In this document: positions 9,454 to 19,129 of the stretch, in pieces
Layout: each line of letters opens with the position of its first letter
Numbering within the stretch: the stretch's first letter is position 1
From: a virus
Taxonomy: Duplodnaviria > Caudoviricetes
Length of the DNA: 64,000 bases
Virus record (IMG/VR): IMGVR_UViG_3300036782_000001
Coordinates: 3,754-67,753 of that record
Direction: 5' to 3' (one strand)
Notes under the pieces: generated by a model
The model's database searches: none
Seen by the model: only the letters and a program-made list of their open reading frames with translations
What the model was told of the DNA's origin: nothing
Made by a program: the position numbers and the translations under genes

Positions 9454-9651
9454 ATGCCAAAACCATATCCTGGTTCTAAGTATATTCCTGGTTTAGGAAA
9501 GAGTGTCAAAATCATGGGTAACGAGATTGATATACCAAGCTTGAAGAAAGCCTTAGGCTTACCTGACGCAGGTACTAAGATCCTTCCTACTGACATTGAC
9601 ATGCCTAAGCTATTAACTGAGCTGGACAAGACTTACACTCGTAAGGCATAG
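9454..9651 (+). CDS. Standalone 65-aa protein
   Basis: RBS AAGGAGGT; flanked by terminators; high-expression codon style. Confidence 0.75.
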   Translation: MPKPYPGSKYIPGLGKSVKIMGNEIDIPSLKKALGLPDAGTKILPTDIDMPKLLTELDKTYTRKA

Positions 9652-9661
9652 TCCATTTAAA

Positions 9662-9696
9662 AAAGACTACTCTTAAGAGTAGTCTTTTTTATTTTT
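9662..9696 (+). terminator. Intrinsic, possibly bidirectional terminator
   Basis: AAAGACTACTCT-TA-AGAGTAGTCTTTTTT. Confidence 0.8.
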
Positions 9697-9764
9697 AAGT
9701 ATTAAAGAGAAAAGTTTTAAAAGGTTAGTTATTTAATTTTGAATTTAAAGGAGGTATTTTTAAT

Positions 9765-9920
9765 ATGAAAAATAATAAAGAAATTAAAAGACCTACCCTA
9801 AATGACATTAGAGAAAAACTTGGTATGAAACGTATAGATTTAGGGGATGTTCAACTAGTTGAAACTTACAGTGACCACATTAAGAATTTAAACTTAAACC
9901 TACCAGAGAGAAGAAATTAA
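9765..9920 (+). CDS. 51-aa peptide resembling the portal C-terminal motif (not in ORF track)
   Basis: RBS AAAGGAGGT; MKNNKEIKRPTLNDIREKLGMKRIDLGDVQLVETYSDHIKNLNLNLPERRN; terminator overlaps the stop. Confidence 0.7.
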   Translation: MKNNKEIKRPTLNDIREKLGMKRIDLGDVQLVETYSDHIKNLNLNLPERRN

Positions 9921-9965
9921 GCTCTCTGGTTTTTTCATTTTGAAACCACAAAGGAGGAATGTTTT

Positions 9966-10334
9966 ATGTACCCATTTAATAAACAGGATGAAAGAGTATG
10001 GGGTTGTATGGACATCAAGAACTACCACAATGGGGTATGGGTTATTACTATCGAGTATAAAGAGTTAGATGAGTCAAAGGGCAACCGACTAACAATAACT
10101 CTAGGAACTAAAGCAGAAGCAATTAACTATGTTGCTAGCTTATCTGTACCAGTTGAAAGCCCTGCAACAATAACAAGTATTGTTCACATCCAGAATAATG
10201 GTGCTATCTTCCGTTATGCACTTACTATTGATGATGAAACAAACACATTTGGCTTACTAGAAACAACAAGATTATCATGTGCAACTACTTCAGTAAGACC
10301 TACTGCACCAAGAAATCCTAACAAGAATGACTGA
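9966..10334 (+). CDS. Hypothetical protein
   Basis: RBS AAAGGAGG. Confidence 0.75.
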   Translation: MYPFNKQDERVWGCMDIKNYHNGVWVITIEYKELDESKGNRLTITLGTKAEAINYVASLSVPVESPATITSIVHIQNNGAIFRYALTIDDETNTFGLLETTRLSCATTSVRPTAPRNPNKND

Positions 10335-10352
10335 ATAACAGGAGAGACAGAA

Positions 10353-10529
10353 ATGATAGACAAAATAATCCTACTAGTAATCGGACTAGTGACTTTAATA
10401 TCAGGAATAGTAATGAGTTACTTTGATACAGGTTTAGCAAGAGCAATCGGCATACTGATTGTAGCTTGCTGCCTGTGTCTTTTTGCAATCACCATACTGT
10501 ATGGGTGGGGTAAACGTGAAAGAAAATGA
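10353..10529 (+). CDS. 58-aa two-TM membrane protein (not in ORF track)
   Basis: RBS AGGAG; MIDKIILLVIGLVTLISGIVMSYF... Confidence 0.6.
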   Translation: MIDKIILLVIGLVTLISGIVMSYFDTGLARAIGILIVACCLCLFAITILYGWGKRERK

Positions 10530-11172
10530 GATGTATAAGTATGTTAAAGAGCTACTTGAAGGCATTGGCTACGATGTCTATGCCGAGGTGGAAGTTAATT
10601 CTTGGGGTGGTAGCGGTAGGGCTGATGTAATTGGTTACCAGAAGCCTGCCGTATGTATCGTGGAGATGAAGACTTCTCTATCTATGGAATTGATTGAGCA
10701 AGCGTATAAGTGGAAGCGCTTTGGTCATTACATCTATATTGCCATACCTAAACGTAAGAAGCAAATACCTACATTTGTGTGTAACATGCTGTCTAGTATG
10801 GGAATTGGCATCATAGAGGTCGGTGACCGTGTGTGGGGTACACGCATAGTGCTGAAAGCCAAGTTCAACAGACCTTATAAGAATACTAAATGGGATGATG
10901 TATTGAAGCCCGAACACCAGACATGGCTAGAAGGTGGCTCAAGTGGTGGGGGGTATGTAACCAACTACAAGCTGACTATAGATAGGGTGAAGAGGTATCT
11001 AAAGATGAAGCGTGACTGGGTTTCCATGAACGAACTGCTAGACCATTGCGAAACGCACTACTCTAACCCTAAGAACTCCCTAGCAAAGGCTCTTAGGGAG
11101 TTTGAATCGAATTGGTGTGAGACAAAGGTAATAAACCGTAGAGTACACTTTAAATACAAGGAGGGCAAATAA
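10516..11172 (+). CDS. PD-(D/E)xK nuclease-fold protein with C-terminal HTH-like region
   Basis: EV...RADVIG...IVEMK...EQA motif pattern; GTG start at 10516. Confidence 0.65.
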   Translation: MKENEMYKYVKELLEGIGYDVYAEVEVNSWGGSGRADVIGYQKPAVCIVEMKTSLSMELIEQAYKWKRFGHYIYIAIPKRKKQIPTFVCNMLSSMGIGIIEVGDRVWGTRIVLKAKFNRPYKNTKWDDVLKPEHQTWLEGGSSGGGYVTNYKLTIDRVKRYLKMKRDWVSMNELLDHCETHYSNPKNSLAKALREFESNWCETKVINRRVHFKYKEGK

Positions 11173-11381
11173 TGGCTGGACTTACAATAACACTAGACCC
11201 TAAAGAGATAAAGGAAATTCTTATAACTCATCTAAGAAAGGAATACCCTGGCATGGAGGTAAAGGACATTGAGTTCAATGTGGACAAGCAACTAGAAGGA
11301 TATGGAATGCAAGAACACTATGTAACTAGATTCCACGGTGCTACTTGTGGCATGAGAAAGGGGAAAGGACAATGGGAATGA
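11172..11381 (+). CDS. Hypothetical protein
   Basis: RBS AAGGAGG, coupled ORF. Confidence 0.7.
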   Translation: MAGLTITLDPKEIKEILITHLRKEYPGMEVKDIEFNVDKQLEGYGMQEHYVTRFHGATCGMRKGKGQWE

Positions 11382-11770
11382 CACCTTATGTGTGGAAAGA
11401 AGGAATGTCACCAGAAGTAGAAGCAGATGGGGCATACTGGGAACGTAATATGTTGGCTCTACATTTTGCAGTTTATGCAAATGAAGCCTATAAATCATAT
11501 ACAGACCTACTAAAGAAGATGGGTCATGACAAGAACGTGGATATAAAAGACTATCTACCTTGTGGGTGGTATGACCACGGAGAGTGGGAAGGATGGTCTA
11601 GGGTAGTGAGTCTGTTTGATGGAAGAATGACGTTTCATATACCAGATGACTTTGACTTAGGTGACAAACTTCCACAGATTGAGCCTAATTGGAATGGACA
11701 TACGACAGAGGATAAGTGGCTCCGTTCTATGAAGAAATGCGGTTGTGAGATACCTGATTTAGAGAAATAG
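11372..11770 (+). CDS. Conserved-looking phage hypothetical protein
   Basis: AYWERN...GW...FHIP...WNGHT motif pattern. Confidence 0.7.
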   Translation: MGMTPYVWKEGMSPEVEADGAYWERNMLALHFAVYANEAYKSYTDLLKKMGHDKNVDIKDYLPCGWYDHGEWEGWSRVVSLFDGRMTFHIPDDFDLGDKLPQIEPNWNGHTTEDKWLRSMKKCGCEIPDLEK

Positions 11771-11839
11771 ACACTGAGGGGAGGAATTTCGATTCTTCCC
11801 CTTTTATTTTTGTGAAGACGTTGAGGGAGGGAAAGCATT

Positions 11840-12184
11840 ATGGCAAAGATTTTGGAAGTAAGTTTTCATAGAGCTGATAAAAGTAACATAGAGTTACGTA
11901 TGGAGGCTGGTAATTTCCATATTGCAAGATTTATATACGAACACAAGGATTTGCAAGAGTCTAAATTAACAAATGGGCATGACCATATATACAAGGTAAC
12001 AGAAGTGTGTGATAATATGGTTAGATTACTAAACATATACAATGAGAGTGGTAGACTGGGTACTCCTACTTACAATGTAATAATTGAAGCATACAAACCA
12101 TTCTTAAAAAACTACATGTCATTTGAAGCACTAGCAAGACGTATTAAGATGGCTAACAATGAAGAAGGGTGGTTAGATGCATGA
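11840..12184 (+). CDS. Hypothetical protein
   Basis: RBS GGGAGG. Confidence 0.7.
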   Translation: MAKILEVSFHRADKSNIELRMEAGNFHIARFIYEHKDLQESKLTNGHDHIYKVTEVCDNMVRLLNIYNESGRLGTPTYNVIIEAYKPFLKNYMSFEALARRIKMANNEEGWLDA

Positions 12185-12441
12185 GAAAAGTAATAGTAGC
12201 TTGTGGACTAATGGCTTTAATGTTAGCTGGATGTGACAGTGCTTCGGATGAAAAAGAAACTATCATGAGTAAGAAAGGAGCTATTCCTTCTGGATACGAT
12301 GTCATTAGCTCCGATAAGATAGATTCATATACTGATGTGTTCGAGATTGAGCATAAAGAAACTAAACAACGATATTCTGTAGTAAGATTCCAAGGGTATG
12401 GAATTACAATGTCACCACTACCAAGTAAGGGGGATAAATAA
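12181..12441 (+). CDS. Lipoprotein, paralog of 6540..6788
   Basis: Lipobox LAG-C; IEHKETKQRY vs LEDKETTCRY. Confidence 0.75.
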   Translation: MRKVIVACGLMALMLAGCDSASDEKETIMSKKGAIPSGYDVISSDKIDSYTDVFEIEHKETKQRYSVVRFQGYGITMSPLPSKGDK

Positions 12442-12767
12442 TGATACAATTAGGAGATAAATGTATATGGGTTCACCCAGAAGTCTTATCCTCTGTAGAA
12501 GATGGATACAACTATGACGAAGTTGCCATAGAGCACGTAGAGGATTTAGGATGGACAGTGGAACACAAGATGCAGAGTAAAGCTGTTATCTTTAAGTACA
12601 CGAGAAATGGAAAGTTCTACATGTTGGAAATGAATAGGGAAGGCGATGACTTCAAGGGTTACGAGCACCTAGACTACATGGATACTAAGGATTCAGAAGG
12701 ACGTATCAAGTGTGATGAAGTCGTTAGGGAACAGGTTATCTCTCATATTTGGAAGGGGGTGAAGTAA
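12441..12767 (+). CDS. Hypothetical protein
   Basis: RBS AAGGGGG, coupled ORF. Confidence 0.7.
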   Translation: MIQLGDKCIWVHPEVLSSVEDGYNYDEVAIEHVEDLGWTVEHKMQSKAVIFKYTRNGKFYMLEMNREGDDFKGYEHLDYMDTKDSEGRIKCDEVVREQVISHIWKGVK

Positions 12768-12838
12768 TGAACGTATACACTGAAAATGGAGTATATGAGA
12801 TCACTAAGCTTTTAGCTGATGCTAAGGGAAATAAGTAA
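12767..12838 (+). CDS. 23-aa peptide MNVYTENGVYEITKLLADAKGNK
   Basis: TAATG coupling, RBS AAGGGGGTG, terminator immediately after (about 12845-12872). Confidence 0.5.
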   Translation: MNVYTENGVYEITKLLADAKGNK

Positions 12839-12955
12839 GTAGTAAAGGAGGGGATAAAACCCCTCCTTTTTCATTTCTATTTATCCTCCAATATTTTATA
12901 GTTAGACGTAGTAATGAGACAAGTTCCTCATGAATAATAAAAGAAGGAGGTCTTT

Positions 12956-15790
12956 GTGATGAGCAGAGGTAGAAAGTGTTATATCCGCATAGACAACCCT
13001 AAAGGTATTAAAAAGAAGGATAAAAAGAAAGAGGAATTAGTACATGAATTAGGGCTAGAGAATTTCAAGAATGACCTACGCCCAGAGGTATGGAAGAGTA
13101 ATGAGCCAGAGCTGATTATTAAATCTGATGAGGAGTACATAGAAGAGTACTTTGACTTAGAGAAAATAATCCACGAGGAAGAGGTAGCAAAGGCAGGACG
13201 TGTCCATCTTCCTAGGGGTGCTAGACGTCACGCTTACAAAGTGCATTCTGACCACGGTGTAATTTACATTCCAGTCAATCGTTTGAAGCAGGTGTACCAA
13301 ACTCACCTAGCACTTCATAGGAGAAAAATCGCCCAAAACAAAGTTTCGATGCGAATGGGTAAGCCACTTCAACCCGTTGAAATCGGATATAACTATGATG
13401 TTCACGATGGACACCATAGATGGGAAGCCTCCAAAGAGTTAGGATACACACATGTTCCCTGTAAAGTAGTAGGAGATGACCCAGACAAGTTAAGGGACGC
13501 AAAAGAGAAGTATCGTGCTGTATGGAAGGCTGAAACTACTGAACAACTAGCAGAGACTCTATTACAGGACTTTGTGGATAAGATAACAGGTAAGAAACCT
13601 GTGTCCTTAGTACTTGATATCAACAAAGCCACTCTTAACAGAGGAAAGTTAGTTAAGAGACGTGTAATGGTTAAGGGTAAGGATGGAAAGGTCTTCTATC
13701 GTATGCAGTGGATTGACCCTAATGATGAGAAGGAAAATGTCCACCAAAAGGTACCTGACCAAGAGAATCACACAACATACAAGCATGATGATAAGTCAGT
13801 AAAGGAAATAGAGAAACGTCAGCACAACCGTTTCCCAGTAGTACAACATGAAGTAAAGCACTTCAAGAATAAGGAACATAATTACTCTACTGACAAGGAA
13901 GCCTACAATGAAGCTAAGGAGAAATACCACAGAGGTGAGAAGCTACCGCCTGTTAAGGTCAACCATAAAGGGGAGATACTTGAGGGACATCACCTTGTAG
14001 ACCTAGCTAGAGAGTTAGGATTAACCCATGCTCCTGCAATTGTATTAGGTAATCCTAAATTGAAGAAAGAGTATGAGGATGCACTAAAAGAGGACGTAAT
14101 GACTGAAGTTACCGATGAGGAAGGTAATAAGAAGGAAGTATCTGCTTCTGGTAAAGGTACCTCTGCTGATGGTACACAACGTGGTCAGCATATGGTGGTA
14201 GACGTTCCTGTAGAATATGTAGATGATATGGAACACTTCAAGCGTTATGTCAATAGGATGTATACTAAATCGTACATCATGGATTGTGCAGAAAAGGCTG
14301 GCATTACGTGGAATGATAAGAAAGCAGATGGAACCCTACTAACAGATGAGAAGATTCTATGGACTAGAGTTTTCAATGCTATCTCTGAACACATAGCTGC
14401 TGGTAACAAGTTTGAAGTGCCTCATGATGATAAGGACTCTAGTGCAAAGATGAAACAGATTAAGAAGGATGATGACCACAAGTTCTTCCTTATGTTCTGT
14501 AACAAGTTTAACTTTGACAGGGAAAAGATTAAGGACTGGTGTAGAGACCATGACCTTCTATGGAAAGAGAACCATAAAGACCCTGACATTGATTGGAAAA
14601 ACTGTGCTATGGCTATCAAGAAAGAATTATCTAAAGGTAAGATGCTGAATGGGGTACGTACAAGACGTAAACACCTTATGGAGGAAGCAAACACTATTGT
14701 AACAGATGCAGTTCGTGAACAGGTTAAAGCTCTTGGTAAGAAGTATGGCAAGACAGCTTTAGAAGAACAAGCACTAAAACAAGGTATTGAAGTAGACCTT
14801 TTAGATAAGAAAGGTAACGTAGTAGAGCACCCAGCTATCAGATGGATGAGGGTAGCGACTGCTATTCAGAAGCATATTGCCAAAGGTAATAAGTTTAAGA
14901 TGACTAATGACGATTTCGGTACAGAGGGAAGAATTCAAGCTGAAGAGTTTGATTATGGTGACAACGTTACTCTGACTCCACATGAGCGAGTAGGTATCGA
15001 TAGAGCCAAGCTTAACAGTAAGAAATTTGAACAACGTGCTAAGAAGTGGGCTACTAAGTCATTAGCTCTTGACCACGGTATTGACCCTAACAATACAGTG
15101 ATGGTAGATGAAGTGTATGATGCCTTTATTGAAGGTGCTCGTAATGCTAAGTTAATGGTACACTTTGACCCTACAGAATTACTAGATAGTGGTACATCTA
15201 TGCTAGAGGAAATGATGTCTTCAGGTAAGCTAAAGAACGATTTCCAATTAGATAGAGGGTATGATAAGGAGCATAGAGAGGTCATTGAACGTGATATCTA
15301 TGGTGATGACTTTGATGGTGCAGAAGACCATGAGCGCCCAGTATATGGTGTGCTAGACATATTCAATCAAGGCTTGAGCCTAGGACAACATGGTGGAGCA
15401 GCCTTAGTAATGAAGGAAGATGTTAAGAAACGTGCTTCTGGTACACCAAATGACTCTAACTCAATACCTTATGGCAAAGAGGGTAAATTAGTACACTCTG
15501 CTACAGACCCACATCACCTAGTAATACACCGTTGGTTTGGGCGTTGGAAAGAGCCTAAGAATGCTGATGGTAAGCGTAGACGTGCTATGAACTCCGTTAT
15601 TGAGGGTACAACATTCAATGACGATAAAGAGTACTTTGAAGCACAGGTACTTGGGGGAGTGGACTTGGCTAAGGATGTAGACCATGTTCTGGTACCTGAA
15701 CACTGGCAAAGTAATCCAGAGTGGCAAGACCATCATGAGCTAATGAAAATGTTTGCAGAGTCACAAGGGATAGGATTAAGATATGAATGA
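12956..15790 (+). CDS. Multidomain tagged cargo protein: two ParB/Srx-like domains, internal tag, three helical repeats, C-terminal DUF3626-like (ADP-ribosyltransferase-fold) domain
   Basis: VHDGHHRWEA and ILEGHHLVDLA; tag at about 13607-13720; C-terminus HFDP...ERPVYGVLD...DS...YFEAQVLGGVDLAKDV. Confidence 0.75.
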   Translation: MMSRGRKCYIRIDNPKGIKKKDKKKEELVHELGLENFKNDLRPEVWKSNEPELIIKSDEEYIEEYFDLEKIIHEEEVAKAGRVHLPRGARRHAYKVHSDHGVIYIPVNRLKQVYQTHLALHRRKIAQNKVSMRMGKPLQPVEIGYNYDVHDGHHRWEASKELGYTHVPCKVVGDDPDKLRDAKEKYRAVWKAETTEQLAETLLQDFVDKITGKKPVSLVLDINKATLNRGKLVKRRVMVKGKDGKVFYRMQWIDPNDEKENVHQKVPDQENHTTYKHDDKSVKEIEKRQHNRFPVVQHEVKHFKNKEHNYSTDKEAYNEAKEKYHRGEKLPPVKVNHKGEILEGHHLVDLARELGLTHAPAIVLGNPKLKKEYEDALKEDVMTEVTDEEGNKKEVSASGKGTSADGTQRGQHMVVDVPVEYVDDMEHFKRYVNRMYTKSYIMDCAEKAGITWNDKKADGTLLTDEKILWTRVFNAISEHIAAGNKFEVPHDDKDSSAKMKQIKKDDDHKFFLMFCNKFNFDREKIKDWCRDHDLLWKENHKDPDIDWKNCAMAIKKELSKGKMLNGVRTRRKHLMEEANTIVTDAVREQVKALGKKYGKTALEEQALKQGIEVDLLDKKGNVVEHPAIRWMRVATAIQKHIAKGNKFKMTNDDFGTEGRIQAEEFDYGDNVTLTPHERVGIDRAKLNSKKFEQRAKKWATKSLALDHGIDPNNTVMVDEVYDAFIEGARNAKLMVHFDPTELLDSGTSMLEEMMSSGKLKNDFQLDRGYDKEHREVIERDIYGDDFDGAEDHERPVYGVLDIFNQGLSLGQHGGAALVMKEDVKKRASGTPNDSNSIPYGKEGKLVHSATDPHHLVIHRWFGRWKEPKNADGKRRRAMNSVIEGTTFNDDKEYFEAQVLGGVDLAKDVDHVLVPEHWQSNPEWQDHHELMKMFAESQGIGLRYE

Positions 15791-15800
15791 GGTGGGCTAA

Positions 15801-16088
15801 ATGAAAATGGTAGTAGAAGGTATTAAGCTGACCAAAGACCATAAAGATGATAAGATTCTCTATCATAAGAATGGTAAGTATTATGTCAGGAGGGCATCAG
15901 ATGGCTTTACCAAAGGTGAGGCTATTAGACAACACGTATCGTCTTACTTTACTAAGTGGGGTTTTAGAAAGGTAGAGGGCGTAGCGGAGTTTGATAATGC
16001 CGAGGATATACATGCGAATATTGATAGATTCGAGCCTGCTAAGGGTTATATAGCCAAATATGCAGAGTCGGTACTTCCGAGGGGTTGA
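15801..16088 (+). CDS. Small partner protein downstream of the DUF3626-like domain (possible immunity/regulator)
   Basis: RBS GAGGTG; followed by a terminator. Confidence 0.65.
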   Translation: MKMVVEGIKLTKDHKDDKILYHKNGKYYVRRASDGFTKGEAIRQHVSSYFTKWGFRKVEGVAEFDNAEDIHANIDRFEPAKGYIAKYAESVLPRG

Positions 16089-16176
16089 TTTCCAAACCCC
16101 TCCTTTTTTTATGCTGAAAGGGAGTTCCTCCTGCGTTTGGCACTCTCTAATAAGGTTAAGGAAGGAAGTGTATAGC

Positions 16177-16893
16177 ATGTTTGCTGTTGGAGGTATCGTT
16201 GCTGAATATAAGTATGATAACGAGGACTTATTCGCACAACTAGAGAGTGCTAAGACGGAAGAGGAACGTAAAGAAGTAGTGGGAATTATTTATCTGAACA
16301 ATGTAGGAATCATACATAAGGCTGTAGGTAAATGGTTCCCTGGAGAAGCCCTTACTAGGTTCTGTCAAAGACACAGATTGACTCCAGAGGATGTTTTTAG
16401 TGAGGTTAGTTATAGTCTACTTAGAGCTATACAAACCTTTAAGGAGGGTAAGTTTACTTCTTATGCTGGTTTTTGTATGGATAACCAACTAAAGATGCTG
16501 TACCGAACTGTTAAGAGAAAAGGAGATATGACCAGTCTACAGTCAGAAGTGAATGAAGAGTCAGACAATGATAAGAAGAGTCTAACTATAGAGGAAGCAT
16601 TTCTATCTGCTGAAGATAAAGGCTATTCTGCTCTATGGGATACTGAGGAGTTCAATACAATAGTTCCTCACTTAAAGAGATGCTTTAGACGTGGTAATGA
16701 GGCTAAGGTGTTAACTATCTTCCTGAAAGAAGTACAGAAGGATGCAGGGGATATGATGTCACAGAAAGAAATGGCTGAAGTGATAGGTGTTAGTAAGTCT
16801 ACTGTCAACAAGACAGTAACTAAAATAAATAAACAGGCTAGAGAAATTAGGAGGGAACTATATGAAAGCGAATTACAGCGACAGACTAGTTGA
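16177..16893 (+). CDS. Phage RNA polymerase sigma factor (sigma70 family, sporulation-sigma-like)
   Basis: Region 2 EDVFSEVSYSLLRAIQTF..KFTSYAGFCMDNQL; region 4 HTH MSQKEMAEVIGVSKSTVNK. Confidence 0.85.
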   Translation: MFAVGGIVAEYKYDNEDLFAQLESAKTEEERKEVVGIIYLNNVGIIHKAVGKWFPGEALTRFCQRHRLTPEDVFSEVSYSLLRAIQTFKEGKFTSYAGFCMDNQLKMLYRTVKRKGDMTSLQSEVNEESDNDKKSLTIEEAFLSAEDKGYSALWDTEEFNTIVPHLKRCFRRGNEAKVLTIFLKEVQKDAGDMMSQKEMAEVIGVSKSTVNKTVTKINKQAREIRRELYESELQRQTS

Positions 16894-17221
16894 TAAGAGA
16901 ATGGTACTAACAACCCTGACAAAGGTAGAGGATACATCACTTTCTACAGTGTATGTAACTAATAACCCAGAGGTATTCCTTGTGGTATTCCATAATCAGG
17001 CTGCTCTAACAGACTACATTAAGCAGAACGTTGATGGACTGTTTGGTATACGTTTAATTAGGGAAGGTAAGAAGTACTGTAGCTATAACATTCCTTTAGA
17101 GTCTGGAGAAGAAGTACTAGCAAGAACTATTGCAGAAGCATATAATATTCTGAATAAGGACAATGACGAGCCTGTGATTATGTCCACGGATGAAGTAACA
17201 GGGTTGCCTATAATAGAATGA
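16862..17221 (+). CDS. Hypothetical protein
   Basis: RBS GGAGGG; terminator follows. Confidence 0.65.
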   Translation: MKANYSDRLVDKRMVLTTLTKVEDTSLSTVYVTNNPEVFLVVFHNQAALTDYIKQNVDGLFGIRLIREGKKYCSYNIPLESGEEVLARTIAEAYNILNKDNDEPVIMSTDEVTGLPIIE

Positions 17222-17281
17222 CCTCAATCCCCCTAGATTTTTATAACTAGGGGGCTTTTTAATTAAAAACGAGGTGATAAT

Positions 17282-17743
17282 ATGAAGGGTATCAATCATT
17301 ACAAGGTTCTCTCTAATGCCTATGGCAGAAAAGAACTATTAGAAATGGGTAAGAACAATGGTCTTAGTTGGCAGGAGGATAACGGACGTGAAGGTGTCAA
17401 CTGGATGCGATTTAGTAGGGCGTTAGTAAAGCACCTAGATGAAGGCAAACACTTTGACACTGACAGCACAGATACAGTGTCCCTACAGTCAATGCTGGAT
17501 CAATATACTCAGTTGAGAGATATGCATAAGCAAACTATGATTCCTCATGTAAGAGCTGGGTTGTCTAAACTATACTCTCAAGGAGATGCAACTAGCAAAG
17601 ACCCTATGGAATATCTTCCTAAGGTATATGATCACCTGGATGCTAATGGTGGACACGTGTGGGCTGAGAAAGTGAGAACTCTGGGTAGTCTCAATAGCCA
17701 GATTAAGGGTATAACTGAAAAACTCTCTACGAGACAAGTTTAG
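17282..17743 (+). CDS. Protein with a single copy of the helical repeat found in the cargo proteins
   Basis: YGRKELLEMGKNNGLSW...VNWMRFSRALVKHLDEGKHF. Confidence 0.7.
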   Translation: MKGINHYKVLSNAYGRKELLEMGKNNGLSWQEDNGREGVNWMRFSRALVKHLDEGKHFDTDSTDTVSLQSMLDQYTQLRDMHKQTMIPHVRAGLSKLYSQGDATSKDPMEYLPKVYDHLDANGGHVWAEKVRTLGSLNSQIKGITEKLSTRQV

Positions 17744-17791
17744 GTTGGCAATGAGCCAACCTTAATTTTTTGCACTTTTAAGTGGGACGAT

Positions 17792-17820
17792 TTGACAAAG
17801 GGACAAGCCCGTGACAAAAT
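17792..17820 (+). promoter_or_regulatory. SigA-like promoter
   Basis: TTGACA-17 nt-CAAAAT with an extended -10 TG. Confidence 0.5.
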
Positions 17821-17865
17821 GAGAGTGTGATTTTCATTTCCGAGAAAACAAGGGAGGAATACAAG

Positions 17866-18780
17866 ATGGTTAGAACAGGATTAGATAGATTTAATGCTAG
17901 GCAAGGTAAGGCAAAGGGTGACGAGAAGGCTATACATGAGGCTTCTATGAAAAAGCAGATGACTGCTGATATGTACGATGAGCTTAAAGATGAGGGCAAT
18001 ATTGAAGAAGCAGCTATGGTAGTAAGCAGAGATGGTATGAAGCTACTAGGTCAGATGCTTACTAATTCAATAGAAGGCTCTATTGAGAGAGTACTTGACC
18101 GTAAACTGGATGATAAGCTGGGTCAACTGTTATCAGGGCTACACAAAGGTATCCTAGAGGGTCTCTTGGCTGTACAAGAGACAGCAGTAACTAAGGCAGA
18201 AGAGAAGATAGAGGAAGCAGTTTCTAAAGCTAGTGAGCAAATAGTTGCTGAGATTGACCTATCAGAGACACCGTCCATTGACAAAACAATAGATAAGGTT
18301 AAGAAGAATATGGGAATTGATTTAGGAGATAAGGTGTCTGTACCTGACTTAGGAAAGCTAATGAACATAGCAGAGCCTACACAGGAAGATAAAAAGCCTG
18401 CTCCTACTAAGGCAAAGCCTAAGGATAAGCCTAAGACGGAGTTAACACCTCATAGAACTAAGCTAATGAGGGATATGCCTAGACATCTTCCAGATACAGC
18501 TCCTAAAGAACCTTTTAAATGGGATGCAGTACCAGAGAAGGGTGCCACGAAATATGCACCACGGTCTAATAAGGCTATGTTCTTGAAATATTGCCCTATC
18601 ATTATTGAATACTTGGAAGCACACAAAGGACAGCCAGTAGCATTCAAGGACATTAATGAATATGCAGTAGAGAAATACAATGTAACATACTTACCTAAGG
18701 GAACTCAATTCATGGAGTTTATAATCCTAAAAGACAGTCGTGTTGCACGACACTCTTACGGTCAGTACATTTTGAACTAA
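17866..18780 (+). CDS. Hypothetical coiled-coil protein with possible C-terminal winged helix
   Basis: ATG 17866 after AGGGAGG; C-terminus IIEYLEAHKGQPVAFKDI...YGQY. Confidence 0.7.
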   Translation: MVRTGLDRFNARQGKAKGDEKAIHEASMKKQMTADMYDELKDEGNIEEAAMVVSRDGMKLLGQMLTNSIEGSIERVLDRKLDDKLGQLLSGLHKGILEGLLAVQETAVTKAEEKIEEAVSKASEQIVAEIDLSETPSIDKTIDKVKKNMGIDLGDKVSVPDLGKLMNIAEPTQEDKKPAPTKAKPKDKPKTELTPHRTKLMRDMPRHLPDTAPKEPFKWDAVPEKGATKYAPRSNKAMFLKYCPIIIEYLEAHKGQPVAFKDINEYAVEKYNVTYLPKGTQFMEFIILKDSRVARHSYGQYILN

Positions 18781-19055
18781 AAGCGGAGAAGACTTTTCGC
18801 AAGGGGGCTTTTTTTAAAGCGAACAGGGCGAGAGAGTTAACATTACTCGACTGGGACACGACAAGGTAGGAAGCCTACCTTCCCCTTGCTAGGGGTTCAG
18901 GATTTGTGTTAAAAACTATAACTCAAGTATATTCTAACCTGAGCCTCTAGCAAGGGGTGGATAGTCCCTCACCCCTTTCCCTAATAGGATATTCCCCATA
19001 TTCTATCCCATACCTTTGTTGGTGGGAGGAACGTTACCCTCCTACCACTCTTTTT

Positions 19056-19126
19056 GGAGCCTTAGTTTAATGGTAAAACAGGGTGCTCATAACACTCCAT
19101 CGTAGGTTCGATACCTACAGGCTCCA
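19056..19126 (+). tRNA. tRNA with CAU anticodon (Met or Ile2)
   Basis: GGAGCCT/AGGCTCC acceptor, GGGTG-CTCATAA-CACTC anticodon arm, GTAGG-TTCGATA-CCTAC T arm; CCA not encoded. Confidence 0.88.
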
Positions 19127-19129
19127 TCA

